NCBI GenBank assembly: GCA_039621445.1
Contig: CP154954.1
Location: 24,006,954 to 24,070,953, forward strand
Length of the DNA: 64,000 nt
From: Euglena gracilis
Lineage: Eukaryota
Direction: 5' to 3'
Under the pieces are notes generated by a model, which did no database searches, was not told where the DNA came from, and saw only the letters and a program-made list of their open reading frames with translations. This document shows positions 12,701 through 23,086 of the stretch, one piece after another (positions within the stretch are counted from its first letter, which is position 1; each line of letters starts with the position of its first letter). Made by a program: the position numbers and the translations under genes.

Positions 12701-14417
12701 TAGTTTCAGTTGACCGTCACATCCGGAGGGCACGACGGACAGCACAAAGACGACCAAACCACCAACGAGGTGACATAGGCCGTAACAACGCTGTCATAGC
12801 CGAGAGGCCCACACACCAAGATGTCACACTTTGTGGTGACGTTCACCTCGAGCCAGGACCTATTTACGGATAACCCCTCGTGAAGGACCCCTATCCCTGC
12901 GACCTAGCACCCGGCCCCATTGCCGACGACCAACCAACCAACCAGGGCCTTCTAAGTTGTCAGATGTGGCCCCAGGGCACGCCAACCACGTACGGCAACC
13001 GATTGACCACGAAAAAACGCGGTATGGGTACAGTCCTCCCCGATGTGGCAGGGGCAAAAGCCTTGCCAGTTGTGGCGACATTGAAAGCAACCCAGGTCCC
13101 ACAGAAACCCGCCCTCCCCAGCAGGAGGACGTCGAAATGGCCTCAGCCGCACAGACCTTTGCTGTGCCGCCGACGGAGGTACCACTCCTTGGATCTTGGT
13201 TTCCAATGCACTCAACGCCGCTGTTCTCGCCTACTTTGTCCCAGGCTATAATGCCGTTTCCCAGTTTGAACGGGGGCCCCGGGGCACCTGCAGCAGAACA
13301 AATCATGGTCATTGACGAACTAGAGTCCCGGGTGCGCTCAGCGATTTCCGAAATTCACGGGTGTGCGCCACAGGGCCAGGGGTTGATTGAGAATTTTGTG
13401 CCGTCCTCACCACAAGGGCAAGAGCAAGAATGCCAAAATGGTCGAAGGCCGCAGCCCCCCGTGGTTCCAGCACTAGCGCAGTCCTCGATGAACGCTGATA
13501 CGCTGCAAGTCACTCCCTTCTCGCAACCTTGCCCAGCAATGCAGCCATCTTGGGAAGAAATTTCCCAAGACACTCGGGGCACGTTGGTCCATATCCCACG
13601 GGGAGCGTTGCGAAACGTTGGGCTCGCCTTCTGCAGCACCCTCAGTCGCTTTGTGTCAAAGCCAGGATGGGAGACCCTACACGCACTTTGGTGCTTCCCA
13701 AAAGCTGTGCTTGCTCCATTGAAGCGGAGCGGGAAAAGCCATTGGGCTGCAGTTGGACGGAAAATTACTGAGAGAGCCAATGCCTACCTCAACCGGTCCA
13801 CAGAAGATTCGTGGGATGAGACTCGCCAAATTCGTGATGCACAAAACCCAAAGAAGAGAACACGAAGTCAGACAAAAAATTTCGATGCTGAAAGCCAAGA
13901 AAGATTGTGCAACCGTGTTCAAAGCCTTGTCAGCCATGGGGCGGTCAGTAAAGCCTGCCGCATGCTGACTTCTGATGGAATCCAAGATGCAGACGACCCG
14001 CTAATCTTGGAACGGTTGGCTGCCTTGCACCCTCCTGAACCCCAACCTGGAAGGCAAAATCTGCCTCCGGACTTCCCTCGCCTCGAATTCGATCTCAGTG
14101 AAGATGCAACCAGGGAGCGCCTAATTCAAATACGGAAAGCAGTCATGTCTTTCCCGAAGGAGTCCTCACCAGGACCGTCTGGACTTCGTCCAGATCATCT
14201 TAAAGACATGCTCTCTGATCCCCTGGGGACACAATCAGAACAACTCCTCACAATTTTGGACCAATTCTTCCGAACATGTTTGACAAACGGAAACCACAAC
14301 TCTGCGGCATGGATTTTCGCTGGTGCCCGTTTGACTCCTCTTCAAAAACCCTGCAATCCAAGCGAAAACCTTGATGAGCTTGGCAATACCAACCCCATTC
14401 ATGACCCAAAGAAGGAT
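9731..14417 (+). pseudogene. 5' half of the CRE-like polyprotein (Q/P-rich region, four 2A-like motifs, zinc finger, RT N-terminus); two frame changes
   Basis: ORFs 9731..10903, 10561..12873 and 12957..14645 are in successive -1 frames. 2A-like motifs at 11758-11784, 12166-12192, 12835-12861 and 13074-13100. Confidence 0.82.
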
Positions 14418-15056
14418 AGTTTCCTGAATGGTGTTGTTTTTGCCCAGCCTTCACTCCCGGGGGTCCGTGAGGGGGTACCGGCGGGGTGGGGGGTAGGCGC
14501 GATGGGCTCTGGGGAGAGGGGTAGGTTCGGGATACTCCCCTTCCCACGTAGGATTTTTTCCCGGGGACCGAAGGCCCTCCTTTTTGGGGAGTGGTTGGAG
14601 GGGGGAGTCCGGCTTGGCGTCCCTTCTGGCAGTGGGGGGGTTTAGGAAAAGGCCTGGTTAGCCTCCCCTAGGCTTCAGATACCCCAGCACCAACACCTTT
14701 TTGGCTTGTACTGCTCTCCTGCGCCAGCAGATAGCCAATCTTTTTTGTAATCTTTTGCTTGCTCCGCCCTTGGGATTTTGATTTTCTTGAACTTTTGCAC
14801 TTTCTTGGCTCCAGTGCCTTTCCTTGAATTCCCTTGAAATTCCTTGAAAATTGATATAATTTGACCTTGGTCTTGATTCAGCAAGCACAATCTTGAATTG
14901 AAACCATAGATAAGAAAGAGGGAGCCTGCAGTAAAAAACAGAACAGTTAGAGAGCGGTTTGCGCTATTTTGATGCTAAATTAGCGCAGTGGTTCGCTATA
15001 TACAACAGCAGGCTGTAATAGTGGCAATAGAAGGTGCAGCGGCCGGTCCGCCAACT
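14418..15056 (-). repeat. 3' LTR of element A
   Basis: Direct repeat of 26351-26989; AGTT...AACT termini. Confidence 0.95.
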
Positions 15057-15068
15057 CTCCCCTTCCTC
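15057..15068 (-). promoter_or_regulatory. Polypurine tract of element A
   Basis: Minus strand GAGGAAGGGGAG directly before the 3' LTR. Confidence 0.85.
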
Positions 15069-15364
15069 GGCCTTGCCTCCGGCTGCCGGGCCTGGCCGCT
15101 GCCTCTCTCGCCCCCCTGCCACAGGAGCCTGGCCGGGGCTCCCCGGTCCTTCGTTGCGCCGCTGCCTGGCGTGCCGGCTGCGGGCGGGCTCCTGTGGTCC
15201 GGGTTGGGGTGGACGCCAGCCAATCCCTGGCCGTGCTCCGCAGGCGTTCGGTGAGCGTCGCTGCTGACGTCGTCCGGCCTTGCGGGCTGGCCTCAGGAAT
15301 TGGCTGGGCTCGGGCTTTGGCTCTCCTTGGCGCTCCTTGGTGGGTGGTCTTGTCTGGGTTCGGT

Positions 15365-16030
15365 GGCCCCCCCCCCCCTTGGGGCTGGCGGGGCCCCTCG
15401 CCGCCCTTTTTTTTTTTTTTTTTTTTGCCGGCCCCCCTGGGCCGTGCGTGCCCCCCCCCCGGGTGGTCTTGGGCGGCCCCCCTGGGCCGCTTTTCGGCGC
15501 CTCCCCCCCTGGGGTCTGGGCGGCCCCCCTGGGCCGGTTTTAGGCGCCCCCCCCCCCTGGGGTCTTGGGCGGCCCCCTTGGGCCGTTTTTTTGGCCCCTC
15601 CCCCCCCCCCGGGGTCGTGGGCGGCCCCCCCTGGGCCGCTCTTGGGTTCCCCCCCCCCCGGGGTGGGCGCGGCCCCTTGGCCGGTTTTTTTTTTTTTCCC
15701 CGCCCCCCTGGGCCGTGCATGCCCCCCCCCCCCCGGGAGGTCTTGGGCGGCCCCCTGGGCCGCTTTTCGGCGCCTCCCCCCCTGGGGTCTGGGCGGCCCC
15801 CCTGGGCCGCTTTTCGGCGCCCCCCCCCCCTGGGGTCTTGGGCGGCCCCCCCGGGCCGTTGTTCTGGCCCCCCCCCCCCCGGGGCCGTGGGCGGCCCCCC
15901 CTGGGCCGCTCTTGGGTTCCTCCCCCGGGTGTGGGCGCGGCCCCCTGGCCGCTTTTTTTTTTTTTTTGCCGGCCCCCCTGGGCCGTGCGTGCCCCCCCCG
16001 CCGGGGTGGTCTTGGGCGGCCCCCCTGCCG
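15365..16030. repeat. GC-rich irregular tandem repeat in the 3' non-coding region of element A
   Basis: Recurring TGGGCGGCCCCCCTGGGCCG core with homopolymer spacers. Confidence 0.85.
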
Positions 16031-17087
16031 CTCTTGGGTGCCCCCGGTCCGGGTCCTTTGGTCTTCCCTGGGTCCCCTCTGGGCCCCCCCGGGGTCGGTT
16101 GGGTTTCCCCCCTTGGGTCCCCTTTCTTTCTCCTTTCCTCTCCTTCTTTGCTCGCCTCTCCCCGGGGCTTTCGCCCCCGTGCTTCGTCGCTCTCCTCTCC
16201 TCTCCTCTCTCTCTCCTCTCTGGGGTCTCTCCGGTCTCCCTTCTCCTGGCTCGGCCTCGGCCGGGCTCACCGTGGCTCAGCCTTGGTTGGGGAAGAGAAG
16301 GGAGGGGTGGCACACCAGTAAGAGGTTGGGTTGGTGGGTGAGAGCCTCCACAGTATCCATCAGGTCAGTAGGGGGTGAGCCAGCTGCCGCCGACATCACC
16401 GCATCTCCTCACGACGACAGCTCAGCTCCTGCGCGCGCGCTGCCAGCCGCCTGTCCTGAGCGTCGAAGGAGAGGGGAAGGAACAGAAAGATGAACTGGAA
16501 CACGACCACCATGGAGAAAATCCCAGGTTGACGCCAGGCCTTTTCCATTTCCCCATGGGGTGTGGGCAGGGGGCGGGGGTGGCCTCCTTGTTGGGAAGGA
16601 AGGGCCGGGTCGCACCGTGGCCATGCAGGGGCACGCCTCCGGTGGTGGTGCCCCCTCGCCGCAGGGACGGGTCATGGGGGTGCACGGGAACGGGGCCCCC
16701 TGGTGGGAGGGGGGATCCCGAGCTGGGGCGTCCCTGCGGGTCGACACGCGGGGGCGGCGACCTCTACCCGTGGGGGCAGGGGAGACTCGGGGACCGGGTC
16801 TCTGAGGTACGCCTGGACTGCGGGGTGGGTACGCGTGTGATATGGGGAGTGATGGGGTGGTGGACGGTGGAGCTGGGGCAAGGGAAGCGCGGGAGAGCGC
16901 ATCCCTTGCAGACGCGGATCGCACGGAGACGGGGCGCTTGCCGCTCGCGGGCCGCCGGTGGACCCTGACCGGGTACCTGGGGTGGGCCGCTTGTTGGGCA
17001 CCCGCCGGGCCAACATCTCCTCCGTCTTCTTGGTCTCGATCTCCTTCGTCTCCTCCATCACCTTCATCATCGTCTCCAGCAGAATCA

Positions 17088-18560
17088 TCACCTTCTCGAC
17101 ATACATCTCCGTCCTCGGGGTCCTGCCACATCCACTCCTCTGGTGGCTCCTCCCAGGACAGCCCAAACTCCTTCTCCTTCTCCTTCTCGATCTCCACAGC
17201 GTGGCAGATGGCGATGTGGGGTTCCTCCGGGAGACCTCGAAAGGTACTTCATGATGTCCTCCTTGATGTCGTGCTCGACGAAGTACGACACGATGGGGGA
17301 GGCGTACCGGTGGAAGAAGTGCCGCAGCGGCTCCCACGTCTTCTCCTCGTACCCCAGCCACTTGACGAGGAACTCGAGGTCGCCGTTGGCATCGCGCCGG
17401 TGGGTGACCACCGCCTCCACCTCCCACTCGTCCAGCCGGGAACCCTCCTCCGGCCTGGATTGGCGGAAGTGGAAGAGACGGAGCGGTGGCCCCATGAGGG
17501 CTGGATCGTGGCGGTAGCTCTTGATTTGGGATCGGTGGGCCACCTGCTTCCGGCCATCCTCCATCTGGAGCACGTACGTGTGCTCACTGGTGCGCTCTGC
17601 CACCACGCACGGCCCGATCCAGTACGTCTCCAGCGTCTCCCCTGTGCGGTGTGCGCGGCGGAGATACCAGACCTTGTCGTTGATCTCCAGCTCCGGCAGC
17701 TCTTTCCTCCGCTTGTTGACCGCCTCGGCTGTCTTGGCGTGCTCCTCGTTCAGGATCTTCGCAACACGATGATCGATGTCCTGCATGCGCTCGAAGAAGG
17801 CCACCGCGTCCTCGGCCCGCGTGGGCGGCTGGTACGGCACCCCGCCATACCACCGCTCGCGGCCGAAGAGCACCTGGAAGGGGCTCAGGCCGCTGGGCCC
17901 AGCACTGTCGTGCAGGGTCCGCAGGGCCCGCGGCAGCGCCTCCGGCCACTCCACGCCCTCCGCCGCCTTCATCTTCCTCAGCCGCTTCTGGATCTGCGCG
18001 CCGAGGACCTCCGCACGGGCGTTGCCCTCGTGGTGGTATGCTTGGGAGAAGGCATGGCGCACCCCCAGTCTTGCACACATTGCCCTCCACCAGGCCCCCA
18101 CGAAGTGGGGGCCCCGGTCCGACGTGATGACGCTTGGCACGCCGAACTGCGCCCACTGCTCATACATAGCCTTAGCCACCGCCTCCGCCGTTAGCCCGCG
18201 GGTGTGGTGCACGGTTGCGATCGCCCAGCCGGAGTGCCGATCGATGCATGCTGCGAACACGTTCACCAGCTTGCCGCCCTCCACCTCCACCTCCGGCATC
18301 TGGAACAGATCCACGCTCACCGAACACATCACATGGGGCGGCACTGGCGTGGGCGTGATGCGGAGCCGGAGGGGTTGGTGCGGGTGCTCCGATGCCTGAC
18401 AGAACTCACCACACGCCAGAATCTTGCCCGCCAGCTCGCGTGCTCGGGAGGGCACCGCAAACTGGAAGTTCCGGCTGGCCTCATCGAGAGGCGCTCACCG
18501 ACGTGCGACGCCCGGTGCTGCTCTCGGATTGCCGCTCGGTCAGGGCATCCGGCACGCACC
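17088..18560 (-). pseudogene. pol: Integrase with C-terminal chromodomain (element A)
   Basis: DDE motifs VSVDLF / ITSDRGPHF / NARAE; WIGPCVV; chromodomain EWEVEAVVTHR...FLVKWLGYEEKTWEP; frameshifted N-terminus. Confidence 0.92.
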
Positions 18561-19649
18561 AGACGGTCCTTCACCAGCTTGCCTGCCTCCTTCCGGTAGC
18601 CGGTGGGCCATGCCGCCGCCCGCTTGATCAGTGCCGCGGACCTCCCCACGGCTCAACGTGGGCACTTCTCATGCCTCACTCCAGTCCATCGCCATCAGGT
18701 CCTGGTCCTCCGCGGGGCTGCCGGGGTGGTGCAGCTGCGATCGGCACACCTCCAAGGCCACGGCGGCTGGGAGGCGCACCCACGGGGGGGAGCGGATGGG
18801 AGGGGAAAATGAGGGGGGGGGTCCACCACTGGCTGGAGAACGCCGCTCACCGAACAACGACGGACGGGGGGGGGGACACCAAACGGGGGGGCGGGAGGGG
18901 CAGGAAGGGGGGGGCATGGGGGGAGGCTCCCCTCCGAGGCCGGACGGGGGCATCCGGCGCAGGTGGGGCCCCCCGCGTTGCCTGCCACACGCCGGGGGGG
19001 CCTTGGGGGGGCGCTCCAGCCATCACCCTTCGCTTGCTGCCTGGCCGGGGGGGGGCGGGGGGGGGGCTGGGGTGCCCCCCCACCTTGGGTGGGCCGGCCG
19101 ACGGCACCGCTCTTCGGCTGGTTGGGACGACTACCGGGCGGCTTGGCGGCCGCCTGGCTTCGGGTTGTCACGGCGATCGGCGGACGGTGGGGATGCTGCG
19201 TGCGCTGGCCGCGGGCGGGGACGATGCTTGCTCGGCGGACGGGGATCGCACGGCGGGTGCTGCTGCCGGTGCCGCTGCTGGCCGTACGGAAAACCGCACG
19301 GTGCGTGGTGTGGCGGGCTGCTGCTGCTGCTTGGGCTGCGCGGACAACGCCGGGTGCTGCGGCTGCTCGGGCTGCCCGGGCGATGCCAGCGCTGTCGCAC
19401 TGGGCACTCGCACGGTCGGTGCTGCAGTCGCAGCCGGCGCGGTGGGGTGCGGTGGGGGGCGGCGGTCGGATTGCCGGACTTCCGGCTGCCGGAATCCCGG
19501 CGGGCGCCACCTCGGATGCCGGTGTCCCGGCCGATGCCGCCGTGGCTGCCGGTGTCCCGGCTGGCGACGATGGGGATGCCGCATTTGCGGTCGGGAGGGG
19601 GCACACCTTGTCCACCGGGTGTACTGCCTTCGGGCAGCTGCGCTCCGCG

Positions 19650-21200
19650 GCCTTCTCCTCTCGGATCTGCTGCTCCATCTCCTCGGCGTCCGCTGCCGTC
19701 CCGTGCCAGCAGGAGTCTCGGTACTCCTGGCTGGCCGGGTACGCCCACCGCGACAGCGCGTCCCCCACCTCGTTCTTCTCCCCCGGCACGTACACCACCT
19801 CCACCATGTGCTCGTTCAGCTTGGAGTGCCACCTCGCCCGCCGGCCTTGCGGTCCCGCTCCTCGGGCGACGTGCTCCTTGTACCAGCTTTCCAGGGACCG
19901 GTGGTCCGTCAGCACCAGCACCTTCTGCCCGGTGATGTAGCCGCCCCACTTGTCCAGCGCGCTCACCACCGCGTACGTCTCCTTGTCGCGGGTGTCCCAC
20001 CGCAGCCGCTGCCCCTCCGTCAGCTTCCTGCTCATGAAGCCCACCGCCACCGACGCCCCGGGCTTCAGGAGCTCCTCCACCGAGGGGATGCCCTCCACCT
20101 TCGGCAGCTGCTCCAGCACGGCGCCCACCGCGTAATCGGAGGCGTCTGTGCGGAGCACGAACGGCTTGTTCATGTCCACGTGCCACAGCTCCAGGTCCGC
20201 CACCAGCGCTGCCTTCAGCTTCTCGAACGCCTCCAGCTCGGCCGCGGACCACACGATGGGGTGCTTGCTGCCCGCCCGGGACAAATCCCGCGGTAGCTTC
20301 AGCTTCTCCTGCAGGGGGGCGGCCAGCTCCGAGTACATACGTACATACCCCGAATAATAATTGCAGAGGCCGAGAAAGGCGCGCAAACTCGTCACATTGG
20401 CCGGGGGTTGCCACCGCTGCACCGCCGCCAGCTTGCCGCTCGCGGGCACGCGCTTGCCCTCCCCCAGCACGTGCCCCACGAACTCCGCCCTCTTGCGGAA
20501 CAGCTGCGCCTTCTTCTTATCCGCCACCCACCGATCCGCCTCCAGCGCCCGCAGGGTCTCACGCAGATCCCCCGCGTGCCGCCTGATCAGCTCCTCGTCG
20601 CTCCACCCCGGCAGCCGCCTCGTGCTCACCAGGATGTCGTCGAAGTAGGGGTGGGTGTGGGCGGAGACGTTGCGGCAGGTCGCGTCGATGTCCCTCTGGA
20701 GCAGCGCCGGACCGACGTTGATGCCCTGGGGCACCACGGTCCACTGCCAGAGGCCGCCGGGCAGGTGGATGTTGGTGATGGGTCAGCTTTCCTCCGCCAT
20801 GGCCACCTGGTGGAAGGCGTCCCGCAGGTCCACCGTCGAGAAGATCTCGCACTTCGCCTGCTCGCTCACGATGTCCTCCGTCAGCGGTAGGGGGTAGGAG
20901 TCCATCTGCAGCATCTTGTTGGTCAAGCTGTAGTCGCACACCAGCCTCCACTTGCCCGACTTCTTGCGGATGGGGAAGGCGGCCGCCCTCCACGGCCCCC
21001 GCCCCGCCTCCAGCTTGCCGTCCGCCAGGCACTCCCGCTCCATCTCCCTCAGGGCCTCCAGCCGCTCGCCCTTGAGGTTGATGATCCGGCCCACCACCGG
21101 GGTTGCTCCCGGCTTCAGCCTCAGCACCGCCTTCCCATGGGTGCCCCGCGCCGGGGGACACGGCCACACCCGCTCTCGGAACACCCGGCCTTCGAACTCG
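19650..21200 (-). pseudogene. pol: Reverse transcriptase and RNase H (element A)
   Basis: KWRLVCDY, DLRDAFHQV, VPQG, YFDD, LRTDASDYAVGAVL, TDHRSL, DALSR; one in-frame TGA at 20783-20785. Confidence 0.95.
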
Positions 21201-21479
21201 TTGATGATCTCGTCCCGCAGCTGCCGCGCCAAGGGATGGTCGACGTCGTCTTCTGTCTCCACTACCCCTCGCACCGCCTTCGCCGCTTCTTCGGCCTCCT
21301 TCAGCATCATCGCCACCTCTCGGACTGCAGCCTCGTCCGTGGTCAGCTGCCGCATCTTCTTCACCGTGGAGAGGTAGCCGTCCAGCTCGTCTTCGTCTTC
21401 ATCGCCATCTTCCTCCTTCTTCTCTTCGTCTCCACGCCGCCTCAGGATCCACTTGGGGTCCGCGTGGAGCTGCAAGGTG

Positions 21480-21830
21480 TCGCGCCATGGCTGGACATCC
21501 AGCCGGTTCTCCCGGAGCCACGGATACCCCAGAATCAAATCCGTGCTGATGCAGCCGTCGTACGCCACCACCTTCGTCGTCCACGTCCTCGGTCTCCGCT
21601 CCTCGTCGTCGGTCTGGGCCGCGAAGGACAGCTTCAGCTCTGCTTCTCGTTGTCCTCCGGGTAGTGCTTCTCCGCTCACCGTGCGCAGCACCAAGGGTCT
21701 TGTTGCCGCGTGGAACACCGACTCCGGGAACAGCTCCTTCTTCACGAGGGAGGTCTGCGCCCCCGTATCGATCAAGGCTTTCGCCTGGATCTTCATCCCG
21801 CCTGCCTCCACCTCCACGTCCATCAGCAGC
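21480..21830 (-). CDS. Aspartic protease domain (element A Pol)
   Basis: ALIDTGAQTS ... DLILGYPWL. Confidence 0.9.
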
Positions 21831-21964
21831 TGGTAGCACCCCCCACGGTGCTCCATCCGGCCGACCGTGAACGGCCGGTTCGGGAGGTGCTGCCACGGCC
21901 GCACCACCACCTTCCGCACCTTCTTCGCCTCCTCCGCCGCCGCCACTTCTTCCCGTGCCTTCTC

Positions 21965-22576
21965 CCCCAGGCACAGGTACCGCACCACCCCCTCCGGGAT
22001 GCGGTAGGCCTCCTCCCTTGTGCACCTGCGCTCGCCGCCACTGCCTCCCAGCTGCAGCCGATGTCGTCGTACGCCGTCTGGTCCTTCCACCATGCTGCCG
22101 CACTTCCCACCACAGATGACGTCGTCCAGCTCCTTCGCCATCGCATCGCTGACCCAGAAACGGGTCGGCTTGCGATACCCGTATTCCGCGAAGCGGCAGT
22201 AGTCGATATCCACGTACCGCACTCCGCGCAGGACTCGTCGCCACCGCAGCAAGCCGAACCTCGGGTTTTCAATCCACCACCGCGTAGGCGCCAAGTACTC
22301 CACCAGCTCCCTCGTGGCCTTCACCACCGCGTCCGCCATGCGGAGCCTCCTCTTGCGGGTGGTGAGGGCTGCGGAGTACTCGGTACAGGGCGGGGACGCC
22401 GCGATGACCTCGAAGTAGCCGGGAGCGTACTGTTCCCAGTACCTCCACTTCCTCACGTCGGCCACGATGTCCGGCTTCCACTTCTCGTCCCAGTCCACGC
22501 TGATCACCTTGAAGCCCATCTTCTCCAGCGCTCTTCTGACACTGCCCGTTCCGGAGAACAGGTCCAGCGCCCATCT
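21965..22576 (-). CDS. C5-cytosine DNA methyltransferase domain at the N-terminus of element A Pol
   Basis: Motif I LDLFSGTG, II VISVD, III ADV, IV SPPC (catalytic Cys at 22385-22387), VI ENP, VIII-like GYRKPTRFW, C-terminal YRIP; uninterrupted and in frame with protease and RT. Confidence 0.92.
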
Positions 22577-23086
22577 TTCCTTCTCTTCCTTTGCCGCCTT
22601 CTTCACCGGCTCTTTCTTCTCCTTCTTCGCCGGTGCTTTCTTCACCTCCTTCGCCGGTGCTTGTCTTTCTTGTGGTGGTGTCTTGTGGAGACTTGGTGAT
22701 GCCTTCGGTGATGACGTTGTCGGTGTTGTTGATGGCGATGACGTCGATGCTGTCTTCGTTGCCGATGCCGTCGGCGTTGATGTGGTCGATGATGTCTTCG
22801 TTGCCGACGCCGTCGGCGTTGATGAGGGCGATGATGTCACCTTCGCCTTCGGCACGCTCGGTGATGTTGATGGGGACGATGGTGTCGGCTTCGCCTTCGA
22901 CACCTGCCGTAGGCAGGGTCTCTCCCCTTCCTTTGGAGACTTCCTGCCTCTTCTCTTTCTTTGGACCAGCCGCCATCCTTCTTCTTCATACTCCACCGCT
23001 CTTACCAGCCTCGTCCCTGGTGCGGATGTCAGCTGGGGGGTTGACTGCCGGTCCAGGCCCTTCCCCTCGGGACCTGGACGGCCCCG

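Noticed and set aside
21965-22576. Bacterial restriction-modification gene or contamination
   Set aside because: The domain is fused in frame to retroviral protease-RT inside a TSD-flanked LTR element; no cognate endonuclease.
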